Positions 29,220 through 38,789 of a stretch of 64,000 nucleotides of DNA are shown in pieces. The stretch's first letter is position 1; each line of letters starts with the position of its first letter. The position numbers and the translations under genes were made by a program. The notes under the pieces are model-generated. The model saw only the letters and a list, made by a program, of their open reading frames with translations, searched no databases and had not been told where the DNA came from. This DNA is from an uncultured beta proteobacterium (GTDB taxonomy: Bacteria; Pseudomonadota; Gammaproteobacteria; Burkholderiales; SG8-39): positions 182,684-246,683 of the forward strand of contig CAVVGT010000014.1 of assembly GCA_963747775.1 (NCBI GenBank). Reading direction: 5' to 3'.

Positions 29220-29690
29220 ATGTCGATCGATCGTTGCGAGTGCAACCAACTGCGCCGGGGCTTCATCGCGGGTGCTACGGGGCTGCTCCTGATCCCCGCG
29301 GCGCGTGCCCAGGGACGGGACCTGCCGCCCATCGGCCAGCCCGAGAGCCCGACGCGCGACGCCTTCATGCGCCGCGCGCTCGAGATGCGGCGGATCTCGG
29401 TCGAGCGCGGCGACCAGGCCTACGGCGCGGTGATCGTGAAGGACGGCAGGATCGTGGGCGAAGGGATCAGTGCGGTGATCACCGCGAACGACCCGACCGC
29501 GCATGCGGAGATGCAGGGCATCCGCGACGCCGCGCGACGGCTCGGCACGCGCGACCTGGCGGGCTGCGAGATGTACGGCACCTCGCGCGCCTGCCCGATG
29601 TGCGAAGCCGGCGCGTACTGGGCGCGCGTGTCGCGGATGTACTACGGCGAGGGGATCGCGGACGCAGGGGCGCCGCGGCTATCCCGCTAG
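29220..29690 (+). CDS. CMP/dCMP-type zinc nucleoside deaminase with predicted twin-arginine signal peptide
   Basis: 156-aa ORF. The N-terminus reads MSIDRCECNQLRRGFIAGATGLLLIPAARA-QG (RRxF(I/L), a hydrophobic core, then AxA). Deaminase motifs HAEM and ACPMCEAG (C-x-x-C). No obvious SD. An alternative GTG at 29163 would overlap the VIT gene end. Confidence 0.7.
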   Translation: MSIDRCECNQLRRGFIAGATGLLLIPAARAQGRDLPPIGQPESPTRDAFMRRALEMRRISVERGDQAYGAVIVKDGRIVGEGISAVITANDPTAHAEMQGIRDAARRLGTRDLAGCEMYGTSRACPMCEAGAYWARVSRMYYGEGIADAGAPRLSR

Positions 29691-29978
29691 GGAAGCCCGC
29701 ACCGCCTTATCGTAGCGGTCGCGCGGCGCGATGCCGTCCTCGGGCACCAGCGTGTAGCTCTGGACGCACTCGACCGCGCGCGCCCTGAGCTGGGTGCAGA
29801 ACGCATCCTCGAACACCCGGCGCACCGTGCCCTCGCGCGTGATGCCGATCACGAGGACCCGCTTCATCGGGCCGCCGGTGTAGGCCGGGTCCTGCCACTG
29901 CTGCACGATCTTCGTCGGCCCCACGCAGCCGGCGAGCGCGACGGCGGCGAACAGGCAGATCCGGGTTGCGAGGCGCAT
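29679..29978 (-). CDS. Small lipoprotein, function unknown
   Basis: 99-aa ORF from M16 of ORF 29679..30023. The lipobox is in MRLATRICLFAAVALAG-C. Its 3' end overlaps the deaminase gene end by 12 nt (convergent). Confidence 0.55.
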   Translation of the reverse strand: MRLATRICLFAAVALAGCVGPTKIVQQWQDPAYTGGPMKRVLVIGITREGTVRRVFEDAFCTQLRARAVECVQSYTLVPEDGIAPRDRYDKAVRASLAG

Positions 29979-30009
29979 CAATGCTTCTACTCGAGGGGAC
30001 ATGCGCCGA

Positions 30010-30495
30010 TCATAGGTAGGCAATCAGGCGTCCGCAGGCAATCACGCCGAGCCAGATCGCGAGCGAGATGAGCGCCGAGGCTTTCACCGAGAGCGGGGTC
30101 GGCTGGTGCTGGTCCCACGTCGAGACCGAGCGGTAGACGCCGTTGTGGAACGCAAGCGCGTTGACGCCCGCGAGCGCGATCAGCAGGAGCTTGACGCGGA
30201 ACGCCGGATTGCCGGCGAAGTCGGTCGCGTGCGCCGAGAGCATCGCGACGCCGCTCGGCACGATCAGCAGCAGCGCGACCCAGGACCACGGCAGCAGGTG
30301 CCGCTCGAGCGAGCGGATCGATACCGTCCGCGAGAAGCCGAGCAGCCGCAGATCGAAGAGCACCACCGAACCGACGAAGGTCGCGATCCCGACGATGTGG
30401 ACGATCTCGACGATCGGGTAGGTCCACAGCGAGTGTCGCATCACCTCGGCGAGGGACGAGTGCTCGAGTACCGAGAGCCATTCCGTGAAATCCAT
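30010..30495 (-). CDS. Integral membrane protein (about 4 TM), DUF6644-like
   Basis: 161-aa ORF MDFTEWLSVLEHSSLAEVMRHSLWTYPIVEIVHIVGIATFVGSVVLFDLRLLG... The family resemblance is from memory only. Confidence 0.55.
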   Translation of the reverse strand: MDFTEWLSVLEHSSLAEVMRHSLWTYPIVEIVHIVGIATFVGSVVLFDLRLLGFSRTVSIRSLERHLLPWSWVALLLIVPSGVAMLSAHATDFAGNPAFRVKLLLIALAGVNALAFHNGVYRSVSTWDQHQPTPLSVKASALISLAIWLGVIACGRLIAYL

Positions 30496-30588
30496 GGTGT
30501 CCGGCCGCGCGGGACTCGCGCGTTCGCTCCTCCTCTTTGCGCCGCGGGGCGGGGGGCTTCTCGAGCGACCCCCTCGGCCGGCCGCGCG

Positions 30589-30936
30589 CTACCTCAGCTC
30601 GACCGTCTTCCCGTCGATCGTGATGCGCTCGGCGCGCATCTCGTCGGGCTTGTTGCGGTTGGGGTAGCCGACCACCGTAGCGGTGTTGCCCACCTTGAGC
30701 GCCTCCTTCGGGAGGCCGCGGTTTTCCATGCGTGTCGGCGGCGCGAGCACCGCGTTCCAGGTCTTGGTCGGTGTCTGCAACCGGACGTGACCGTGCGGAT
30801 GCTCGTAGCCCGACTCGACGATCTTGCCGGTGAGGGTGAGGGGCTGCGAGCTGTCGTATTCGCTCCAGCCGTGGTGCGGCAGGGCCGGAACGGCGAACGC
30901 GGCGAGCGCGAGCGCTGCGAACAGATGCTTCTTCAT
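30589..30936 (-). CDS. Small secreted His-rich protein, DUF6152-like
   Basis: 115-aa ORF from the internal ATG at 30936. Signal peptide MKKHLFAALALAAFAVPALP is followed directly by HHGWSEYD and later HPHGH. Confidence 0.55.
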   Translation of the reverse strand: MKKHLFAALALAAFAVPALPHHGWSEYDSSQPLTLTGKIVESGYEHPHGHVRLQTPTKTWNAVLAPPTRMENRGLPKEALKVGNTATVVGYPNRNKPDEMRAERITIDGKTVELR

Positions 30937-31017
30937 GGCGAGCCGCCGCAAGAATCGACCGGGCGCACTATGCACCGCGAGGATGAAAATTTCAACCGCG
31001 TCTAGAATCGGGGCACC

Positions 31018-31701
31018 GTGCGTGCCGCGTTTCTCGTCTGGCTTCTCTGCTGCGCGCTGGCCGCGCGCGCCCAGCCGGCTGCGCCGTTCCGTCTCGCCGA
31101 CACCTGGCCGCTTCCTGAGCACGCGCTGCCGTACGCGGGACCCGCACCGTCCACGCATCGGCTGCAGCTCGATCTATTCACCTTTGTCGAAACTGAGCGC
31201 GCCACACCCTGGGAGCCGGAGCGCATCCTCGCCGCGGTGCGCGAGGCCGCCGCGATCCTCGCGCAATGCGGCATCAGGCTCGAACGCGCGGAGCTCTACC
31301 GCTTCGAAGGCGGCGATCCCGGCCTGCGTTATCTCTCGACGCCGGTCTCGCGAGCGCTCGTGCGACGCGTGCGGCCGGCAAAGCCCGCAGTGTTTTTCGT
31401 GCGCGACACGCGCCACGTACCGACCTTCGACGCCGAAGCGTTCGGCACCGGCAACACCGCGACCCGCCCCGAGCTCGTGTTCACCGTTTGGATGACCGCG
31501 TGGATTCGGGACCTGCCGCTCGCGCTCGCGCACGAGCTCGCGCACGTTCTCCTGGACTCGGGCAAGCACTCGATCGATCCGGGGAATCTCATGCGCGACG
31601 AGACGGCGCCGGGCAACACGCGCCTCACGCCCGAGCAGTGCGCGAGCATGATCGAGGCGGGTGAGCGGAACGGGCTGCTTCAGCGCGAGGTCGTGCGCTG
31701 A
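31018..31701 (+). CDS. Secreted protein with HExxH motif (putative zinc metallopeptidase)
   Basis: 227-aa ORF with signal peptide MRAAFLVWLLCCALAARAQP. Motif LAHELAHVLLDSGKH, followed by GNLM. Confidence 0.5.
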   Translation: MRAAFLVWLLCCALAARAQPAAPFRLADTWPLPEHALPYAGPAPSTHRLQLDLFTFVETERATPWEPERILAAVREAAAILAQCGIRLERAELYRFEGGDPGLRYLSTPVSRALVRRVRPAKPAVFFVRDTRHVPTFDAEAFGTGNTATRPELVFTVWMTAWIRDLPLALAHELAHVLLDSGKHSIDPGNLMRDETAPGNTRLTPEQCASMIEAGERNGLLQREVVR

Positions 31702-32186
31702 GGTCCGGCGGCGGTACCCGCCTGCTTCTGCAGAAAGGCGTCGAGCCCGCGGCGCGCCTCCGACCTCACCTTGTTGCGCACGATCGGGGTTCCGCCGAGG
31801 AGCCATCCCGTCGCTCCGAGCGCCTGGCGCGCCCAGCGCCAGAAGCCGAAGCGGTCGACGTGGCGCACGATCAATCCGTCGCGGAAATCGAAGGTCGCCT
31901 CGATCACGTTGTGGACGTGCCGGCCGGTGGGCGAGAACGTGTAGCGCGCTTCCCAGTGCGCATGGCCACGCATGTCGTCGGCGCGAACGTCGCCGAACAC
32001 CACATCGAGGTCCTTCGCGCGCGCGCAGAGCATCGCCCACATCGCGCCCGCCGCGCCGCCGCGCAGCTCGGGAAACACCGGGTCGGAGAACACGACTTCG
32101 GCGTGGTAGCACGCCCCCATTGTTGCGGCGTCGCGCGCCTGGAACGCGCGATAGAAGCGTTCGATCAGCGCCTCGTTCGGATGCAC
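31680..32186 (-). CDS. NTF2/SnoaL-like family protein
   Basis: 168-aa ORF with NEALIERFYRAFQARDAATMGACYHAEVVFSDPVF. Confidence 0.7.
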   Translation of the reverse strand: MHPNEALIERFYRAFQARDAATMGACYHAEVVFSDPVFPELRGGAAGAMWAMLCARAKDLDVVFGDVRADDMRGHAHWEARYTFSPTGRHVHNVIEATFDFRDGLIVRHVDRFGFWRWARQALGATGWLLGGTPIVRNKVRSEARRGLDAFLQKQAGTAAGPQRTTSR

Positions 32187-32191
32187 GGCGC

Positions 32192-32536
32192 TTACCCGTG
32201 GCGCGCGCGGCTGTCGGCCGGCGCCTGCTCGCGATCGGTCATCGTGTAGTCGCGCGCGACGGTCGCCACGCGCAGCCGGTAGTCGCTGAAGACGCCGCCG
32301 CGCCCGCGCGTCTGCGCGGCGCGGTGGCCCTCGAGCTCGCGCCAGCGCCGGACCGCCTCCTCGTCCCGCCAGAACGAGAGCGAGAGCACCTTACCCTCGT
32401 TGGTGAGGCTCGCGAAGCGCTCGATCGAGAGGAAGCCGTCGGTCTTCTCCAGCTCGGGCCGCAGGCTCGCGGCGAGGTCGAGATACTCCTGCTTGCGGCC
32501 GGGCGCCGGGACGACTTCGAAGATGACGGCGATCAT
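32192..32536 (-). CDS. Antibiotic biosynthesis monooxygenase (ABM) family protein
   Basis: 114-aa ORF MIAVIFEVVPAPGRKQEYLDLAASLRPELEKTDGFLSIERF...SFWRDEEAVRRWR. Confidence 0.75.
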   Translation of the reverse strand: MIAVIFEVVPAPGRKQEYLDLAASLRPELEKTDGFLSIERFASLTNEGKVLSLSFWRDEEAVRRWRELEGHRAAQTRGRGGVFSDYRLRVATVARDYTMTDREQAPADSRARHG

Positions 32537-32611
32537 TGGAACCTCCCTACGAGCGAATGCGCGGAAACCGCGACGAAGAGCGCGAGCGGCGCGCGATTTA
32601 CGGGGCGAGCG

Positions 32612-32986
32612 TCAGCTCGCGCGACCCGGCCGCAGCTTGCCGTCCATCCATACCAGGAGCAGGAGCCCGCCCAGCGTGGACAGGTTCTTCAGGAAATGCA
32701 GCAACTGGGAGTGCTGCTCGGCGGCCGGATGCGTCCAGAACGGGTGTGCCGTGAAGGCGTCCACGAGGATGAAGACGGCGAGCAGGCCGGCCACCCAGCG
32801 CATCTTCCAGCCGACCATGACGAGCAGGCCGGCCACGAGCTCGAAGACGCTGAACGCAGCCGCCCCGACGGAGAACGGCGGTCCCGGGATGACGCCGGCG
32901 AAGATGAGCAGGCGCTCGAGCCCGAGACCGACGAACACGCTCGGAATCAGGATGCGGGCGGCGAAGAACAGTGCTCGGTCGATCAT
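32612..32986 (-). CDS. DoxX family membrane protein
   Basis: 124-aa ORF with 4 TM segments. Blocks: AARILIPSVFVGLGLERL and VDAFTAHPFW. Confidence 0.75.
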   Translation of the reverse strand: MIDRALFFAARILIPSVFVGLGLERLLIFAGVIPGPPFSVGAAAFSVFELVAGLLVMVGWKMRWVAGLLAVFILVDAFTAHPFWTHPAAEQHSQLLHFLKNLSTLGGLLLLVWMDGKLRPGRAS

Positions 32987-33046
32987 GGTCTGCGACCCCC
33001 CTCTCTTGAACAGCCGATCGGCGCAGCGCCGGCCGATGGTACCCGC

Positions 33047-34246
33047 TCAGGCGTCGGCCGGTTGCGGTGCGTGACCGCGGCGCCCGAGCGACATCCATTC
33101 CCAGATCGCCACGACGATCAGCACGGCCGTCGTGCCTGCGGACAGGATCAGCGGCGTGACGAACCCGCAGACCGGAACCAGCAGGGCGAGCAGGCCGAGG
33201 CCCACCAGATGGGACAGCGGGACGTGTTTCGACGAGGTGCGCTTGAAGAGGGCGTTGCCGATCAGGTAGAGCGCGGGCCCGCCCAGGATCGCGGCCGCCG
33301 CCTTCGCCTCGACGTGGCCGCCCGGATGAGCCAGCACCAGCTCGTCCGCCACCGCCGCCACGACGACGCCGGCGACGATGGGGATGTGCAGGTAGGTGTA
33401 CGCCGTCCTGGCCATGCGCCCGGGATCGTCGGAGCCGGCGATCAGGCGGCTGCCGCGTTCGGCGCCGATGTTGAAATAGACCCACCACATGGCCACGCTG
33501 CCGACGAAGGCGACGACGAAGGCCGCGCCCGTCTCGGCGGTCCACGCCAGGTTCGCGAAGGTGGTGCCTGTGACGAGAATCGACTCGCCGAGCGCGATGA
33601 TGATGAAGAGGCCGCAGCGCTCCGCCATGTGCCCGCCTTCGACGTCCCAGTCGGCGGTGGTCGAGCAGCCGAGCCCGGGCGTCCAGAAACCGAACCACGG
33701 GGACGCGTATTCGATGGCCAGCGCCGCGCCCCACAAACCGAAGCGCGAGCCGCCGTCGAAATACAGGCCCGCGATCCAGAGGACCGTGCCCAGCAGTACC
33801 CAGGCCCCGATGCGCTGGAAGTTGCGGTAGTTCCGCGGGCTGTGGCCCCTGAGCGCCCATAGAATGAAGAGCGTTCGACCCACTTGCATGAACACGTACG
33901 CCAGAACGAACACCTGCGCCCGCTCCGCGAACGCGTGGGGAATCGACACCGACAGCACGAGGCCCGCCAGCATCAGCGCCATCAGCATCAGTCGCACCGG
34001 CGCCTTCTCGGGGTCGAGCCAGTTGGTCATCCACGAGACGTTGATCCACAGCCACCACACCGCCAGCATCAGGAACCCGGTCTGCAGCGCCCCCTGCAGC
34101 GTCATGTGCTCCAGCAGGCCGTGCGAGAGCTGAGTGATGGCGAACACGAACACCAGGTCGAAGAAGAGCTCGACGTAGGTGACGCGGCTGTGCTCGTGCG
34201 CCCGGCGGGTCCGCAGGTGATTGGCGCGCGCCGCAGGCGAGATCAT
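33047..34246 (-). CDS. ltrA: Low-temperature-requirement protein A family membrane protein
   Basis: 399-aa multi-TM ORF with the family-typical N-terminal block RVTYVELFFDLVFVFAITQLSH. Confidence 0.8.
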   Translation of the reverse strand: MISPAARANHLRTRRAHEHSRVTYVELFFDLVFVFAITQLSHGLLEHMTLQGALQTGFLMLAVWWLWINVSWMTNWLDPEKAPVRLMLMALMLAGLVLSVSIPHAFAERAQVFVLAYVFMQVGRTLFILWALRGHSPRNYRNFQRIGAWVLLGTVLWIAGLYFDGGSRFGLWGAALAIEYASPWFGFWTPGLGCSTTADWDVEGGHMAERCGLFIIIALGESILVTGTTFANLAWTAETGAAFVVAFVGSVAMWWVYFNIGAERGSRLIAGSDDPGRMARTAYTYLHIPIVAGVVVAAVADELVLAHPGGHVEAKAAAAILGGPALYLIGNALFKRTSSKHVPLSHLVGLGLLALLVPVCGFVTPLILSAGTTAVLIVVAIWEWMSLGRRGHAPQPADA

Positions 34247-34333
34247 CGGTGAGTCCTCAGGTCCGGAGGGTTGCGACGCGCGGTGAGCGGTCGGATCAGC
34301 AGGAAGGAGGAACTCAGCACCGGGCCCGGTGAC

Positions 34334-35125
34334 CTACTTCGCCCGCCACCCGCCATCGACGACGAGACTGTGCCCGGTGACGTAGCCCGCCTCGTCCGAG
34401 GCGAGGTAGCACACCGCCGCCGCGACGTCGTCGACGCTGCCGCGGGTTCCCGCCGGAATCAGCGCGCGGATCTGATCGTCGTTGACCGCGACGCCGCGGC
34501 CGCGAATGTCGGGAACGCCGGGACCGAGGAGCTGCTGGGAGTGCTCGCGGAGACCGGTGAGGATCGGGCCCGGGCAGACGCAGTTGATCGTGATGCCGTG
34601 CGCGGAGTACACGACCGCCATCTGTCGCGTGAGGCCGACCACGCCGTGCTTGGCGGCGATGTAAGCCGCGCCGCCGCCCGTCCCGTTGAGGCCCGCCACG
34701 GACGCCATGTTGACGATCCGTCCCCGCCCGCGCGGCAGCATCTCCCTGAGCGCCCGCTTGCAGCCGAGAAACACGCTCGTCAGATCGATGTCGATCACGC
34801 GCCGCCAGACCTGCTCGTCCATCTCGTCGACGTTGAAGTAGCCGTCGAGAATGCCGGCGTTGTTGACCATGACCTCGAGCGCGCCCAGGTCGTGAACGGC
34901 GGCCGTAACGGCCTCATCCATCTCGCTCGCCCGGCTGACGTCGGCTCGGTAGCCCGCAGCGCGCCCGCCGGCCGCCGCGATGAGCTGCGCCGTTTCCTTT
35001 GCCGTCGTTTCGTCGATGTCGATTGCGGCCACCGCGGCGCCGCGTACCGCCATCATCTGTGCAATCGCCCGGCCAAGGCCTGATCCGGCGCCCGTGACCA
35101 CCGCCATCCGGTTCTTCAGCGTCAT
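34334..35125 (-). CDS. SDR family oxidoreductase (FabG-like)
   Basis: 263-aa ORF with TGAGSGLGRAIA, NNAG, and the catalytic YxxxK in AAYIAAKHG. Confidence 0.9.
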   Translation of the reverse strand: MTLKNRMAVVTGAGSGLGRAIAQMMAVRGAAVAAIDIDETTAKETAQLIAAAGGRAAGYRADVSRASEMDEAVTAAVHDLGALEVMVNNAGILDGYFNVDEMDEQVWRRVIDIDLTSVFLGCKRALREMLPRGRGRIVNMASVAGLNGTGGGAAYIAAKHGVVGLTRQMAVVYSAHGITINCVCPGPILTGLREHSQQLLGPGVPDIRGRGVAVNDDQIRALIPAGTRGSVDDVAAAVCYLASDEAGYVTGHSLVVDGGWRAK

Positions 35126-35172
35126 GTCTGCCTTCTCCCGTTAAGCCTGCGTCGGGGCGGATTGTATTGCCG

Positions 35173-36384
35173 TCAGTGCCGGTCGAGCTGCCGGATCAGC
35201 AGCAGGTAGGACGCGAGCACCAGGCACCCGGCGAGCGCGACCGCGGCCGCGAGCTGGATCGGCGCGCCGTCGAAGAACTGCCGCATGAAGAGCTGCCCGA
35301 CCAGCGCAGCGACGACGAGTTGCGTGCAGCCGAGGAGTGCGGACGCGGTGCCGGCGATCCTCGGGAACGGCGCGACCGCGGCGGCGAGGCAGATCGGATT
35401 GATGAAGGCGTGCCCGAAGAGATAGAGCATCATCGGCCCGAACAGCGCGAGCGGATGGGCCACGCCTGCCGCCGCGAGCGCGAGCATCAGCAAACCGCCG
35501 GTAGCGGCGAAGCCGGTGCCGATGCCGAGAAGCGCCGGGAGCGCGAAGCGGCGCGTGAGCCGCGAGCAGACAAAGGAGCCGACCAAATTGCCGGTGACCG
35601 GGATGATAAACCACAGCCCGAAGTCCTGTGGACGCACGCGCAGCACTTCGATCAGCACGAACGCCGACGCCGAAAGGAAGAAGAACAGCCCCGCATAGGT
35701 GATCGTGAAGCACACCGCGTAGGCGGAGAACGTCCTGTTGGTGTAGATGGTCCGCGCGTTGCGTGCGAGCTGCAGGAAGTGGGTCGCGGTCGCCTCGGGA
35801 TGCCGGTTGGACTCGGCCAGCACCGTCCACGTTGCGACCCACAGCGCGACGCCGTACACGAGCATCAGCGCGAAGGTTGCGCGCCAGTCGAACCAGACGG
35901 TGAGATAGCCGCCGAGGAGCGGCGCGAACATCGGCACCAGGACCACCAGCATCATGATGTGGGCGAGCGCTCGCGCGCCGCGCACCGGGTCGAACACGTC
36001 GCGCACGATCGCGCGCCCGATGACCGGGCCGCTGCACGCGCCGACGCCCTGGAAGAGGCGCGCCGCGACGAGCATCTCGATCGAGGGCGCGAGCATCGAC
36101 GCGATCGAGCCGAGCATGAACAACGCGAGTCCGGTGAGCAGCACCGGCCGGCGGCCGAAGCGATCCGAGAGCGGGCCGTAGGCAAGCTGCGCCGTGCCGA
36201 ACCCGATCGCGAACGCGGAAAGCGTGAGCTGCGCCTGCGCGTCGGTCGCGCCGAGCGCGGACCGGATGGCGGGGAGCGCCGGCAGGTAGAGGTCGCTCGC
36301 AAGGGCGAGCAGCGAAAAGATCCCCGCGCAGTAGACGATCAGCGCTTTGCCCGGAGCGTGGGCCGGGTGCGCGATCGTCCGCAC
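35173..36384 (-). CDS. MFS transporter, Bcr/CflA drug-resistance subfamily
   Basis: 403-aa ORF with 12 TM segments and GPLSDRFGRRPVLL (MFS motif A). Confidence 0.8.
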   Translation of the reverse strand: MRTIAHPAHAPGKALIVYCAGIFSLLALASDLYLPALPAIRSALGATDAQAQLTLSAFAIGFGTAQLAYGPLSDRFGRRPVLLTGLALFMLGSIASMLAPSIEMLVAARLFQGVGACSGPVIGRAIVRDVFDPVRGARALAHIMMLVVLVPMFAPLLGGYLTVWFDWRATFALMLVYGVALWVATWTVLAESNRHPEATATHFLQLARNARTIYTNRTFSAYAVCFTITYAGLFFFLSASAFVLIEVLRVRPQDFGLWFIIPVTGNLVGSFVCSRLTRRFALPALLGIGTGFAATGGLLMLALAAAGVAHPLALFGPMMLYLFGHAFINPICLAAAVAPFPRIAGTASALLGCTQLVVAALVGQLFMRQFFDGAPIQLAAAVALAGCLVLASYLLLIRQLDRH

Positions 36385-36392
36385 GCCCGGGC

Positions 36393-37418
36393 CTAGCCCG
36401 CTTCAGCCGCAGGTTCGACGAGCGCCGCCCGGTGACCGATCCTCACGACGTCCTGTTCGATCGCACCGAAGACGGAGCGACCCTCGCCGTCGCGCATCTC
36501 GATCTCCACGCGGTCCCCGAACTGCAGGAACCCCGTCGTGGCCGCGCCGCCCGCGATGATCTCGAGCGCGCGCTTCTCGGCGATGCAGCCGACGCCGGCC
36601 TTCGGGTCCTTGTTCGAGACCGTGCCCGAGCCGAGAACCGTCCCGGCGCCGAGCGGACGCGTCTTCGCGGCGTGCACGACGAGTCGCGGGAAGTCGAACG
36701 TCATGTCGACGCCGGCGTTCGGCTGTCCGAGCAGCGTGCCGTTCACGTGCACGACGAGCGGCAGATGGACCTTGCGCCCGTCCCAGGCAGTGCCCAGCTC
36801 GTCCGGTGTAACCGCGACCGGCGAGAACGCGGTCCACGTCTTCGACTGGAGGAAGCCGAAGCCCTTCGCGAGTTCCGCGGGCACGAGGTTGCGTAGCGAG
36901 ACGTCGTTGACGAGCATGAAGAGCCGGATGTGCTCGGCGGCCTTCTCGCGCTTCACGCCCATCGGCACGTCGTCGAGGATCACGGCGATCTCTGCCTCCA
37001 GATCGATGCCCCATCCCTCGTTCTCGACCGGAATCGGGTCGCGCGGGCCGAGGAAGGCATCCGAGCCGCCCTGATACATGAGCGGCTCTTCGCGCAGTTC
37101 CCTCGTCAGCTCCGCGCCGCGCGCCTTGCGCACGCGCTCGGCGTGCGACAGATACGCGGACGCGTCGAGCCACTGGAAGGCGCGTGGCAATGGGGCGTGA
37201 AATTTCGTGAGGTCCGGCTCGAACCAGCGCGAGCCTTCGGGCCCGCGGTTGGCCGCGTCTGAGAGCTCTTGGAGGCGCGGCGCGCAGTAGTTCCAGTCGT
37301 CGAGCGCGGCCTGCAGCGTGGGTGCGACGTCGTATGCGATCGTCGCGATCTTGAAGTCGCGCTCGACCACGCAGAGCGCGCCATCGCGTGTGTCGTTATT
37401 CAAGCTGGCGAGCTTCAT
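36393..37418 (-). CDS. Fumarylacetoacetate hydrolase (FAH) family protein
   Basis: 341-aa intact ORF. An N-terminal extension is followed by a C-terminal FAA_hydrolase-type domain (GWGIDLEAEIAVILDD, FDFPRLVVHAAKTRPLGAGTVLGSGT). Confidence 0.75.
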   Translation of the reverse strand: MKLASLNNDTRDGALCVVERDFKIATIAYDVAPTLQAALDDWNYCAPRLQELSDAANRGPEGSRWFEPDLTKFHAPLPRAFQWLDASAYLSHAERVRKARGAELTRELREEPLMYQGGSDAFLGPRDPIPVENEGWGIDLEAEIAVILDDVPMGVKREKAAEHIRLFMLVNDVSLRNLVPAELAKGFGFLQSKTWTAFSPVAVTPDELGTAWDGRKVHLPLVVHVNGTLLGQPNAGVDMTFDFPRLVVHAAKTRPLGAGTVLGSGTVSNKDPKAGVGCIAEKRALEIIAGGAATTGFLQFGDRVEIEMRDGEGRSVFGAIEQDVVRIGHRAALVEPAAEAG

Positions 37419-37622
37419 GCCAAGGGAATTGCGGGAAAGGCGGGAATTCTACCCGGTCAGGTCGCGAAAGCCGGAATAGCCTTGCTACCCAACGGTGTTC
37501 GCCCACCAGGAACGCGCGGAACCGTCCACCCGTCCCGGCGGAAGCGCCGCCCGGTCGGCTGGCATCGGGCTTGCTTTACCGGCTGCGTCCTCCGAGCATG
37601 GACCTGTAGGAGTCGATTCGCA

Positions 37623-38753
37623 ATGCGTACATTCCGATCCACGACCGACGCGCTGGGAGGCGTCGCCCTCGCGCTGCTTTCCACCTTCGCTCATGCGGCC
37701 GAAAACGACGTCGTGATCGGGCAGACGATCGCGCTCTCCGGCGGACTGGCGGAGCACGGGAAAGCCGTCCAGCTCGGCGCGCGCGCCTACTTCGACAAGG
37801 TGAACGCGGCCGGCGGCGTGCACGGCCGCAGACTCGTGCTCACGACGCTCGACGATGCCGGGAACGCGGCGAAAGCCGCCGAGAACACCGCGCTGCTGAT
37901 CGACCGCGAGAATGTGCTCGCGGTATTCGGCGGTATCGAGGGCGGGCCGTGCGTCGCCAGCATGCGCGTGGCGACCGAGAAGCGCGTGCCGCTCGTCGCC
38001 TGTCTCGCCGGTTCGCCCGAGATGCGCGATCCGTTCAACCGCTATGTCTTTCCCGTTCGCGCGGCGCACTACAGCGAGTTCGAGCGGCTCATCGACCTGT
38101 CGCTCGAGTCCGGCAGCCGCCGGATCGGATTCCTCCACTCGGACAGCGACACCGGTCGCAAGCACCTGGCGAACGTCCGCAAGCTTCTCGCGCGCTACAA
38201 CCTGGACGTTGCCGCCGCGATCGCGATCCCGAACGAAAAGCCCGACGCGAAGAGGATCGCGGATCAGATCGTCGCGGCGAAGCTCGACGTCGTGTTCAAC
38301 CACGGGTCCTATGCACTGTACGGCGAGGTCGTCAAGGAGATGAGAGCCCGCAGCGCCGACACGCGCTTCATGGCCGTGAACTCCGGCGCACAGCAGATGA
38401 CGCGCACGCTCGGGAAGGACGCGCACGGCGTCATCTTCACGCAGGTGGTGCCATTTCCGTGGGGCGCGACGCCGCCCGTGGTTGCCGAGCACAAGGCCGC
38501 GCTTAAGGCCGCGGCGCCGAACGCCGAGCCTTCGTTCAGCAGCCTGGAGGGCTTCATCAATGCGAAGGTGCTCGTGGCGGGGCTGCAGCGCGCGCCCGCT
38601 CGGCTGTTGCGCGAAGACCTGATCGCGGGCCTCGAGCAGCTCGGGAACCACGATGTCGGCGGTTTCGTGGTCGTCTACGGGCCCGCTTCGCGGGCCGGTT
38701 CCACTTTGGTCGACACCGTGCTCGCGACCGGTTCTGGCCGCTTCGTGCGCTGA
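37623..38753 (+). CDS. ABC transporter substrate-binding protein (LivK/branched-chain amino acid type)
   Basis: 376-aa ORF from ATG 37623. The signal peptide ends in AHAA, then comes VVIGQTIALSGGLAEHGKAVQLGARAYFDKVNAAGGVHGRRL. Confidence 0.8.
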   Translation: MRTFRSTTDALGGVALALLSTFAHAAENDVVIGQTIALSGGLAEHGKAVQLGARAYFDKVNAAGGVHGRRLVLTTLDDAGNAAKAAENTALLIDRENVLAVFGGIEGGPCVASMRVATEKRVPLVACLAGSPEMRDPFNRYVFPVRAAHYSEFERLIDLSLESGSRRIGFLHSDSDTGRKHLANVRKLLARYNLDVAAAIAIPNEKPDAKRIADQIVAAKLDVVFNHGSYALYGEVVKEMRARSADTRFMAVNSGAQQMTRTLGKDAHGVIFTQVVPFPWGATPPVVAEHKAALKAAAPNAEPSFSSLEGFINAKVLVAGLQRAPARLLREDLIAGLEQLGNHDVGGFVVVYGPASRAGSTLVDTVLATGSGRFVR

Positions 38754-38789
38754 TCAACTACGCCGTCGCGCGCGCGGCGGCGGGCGCGG

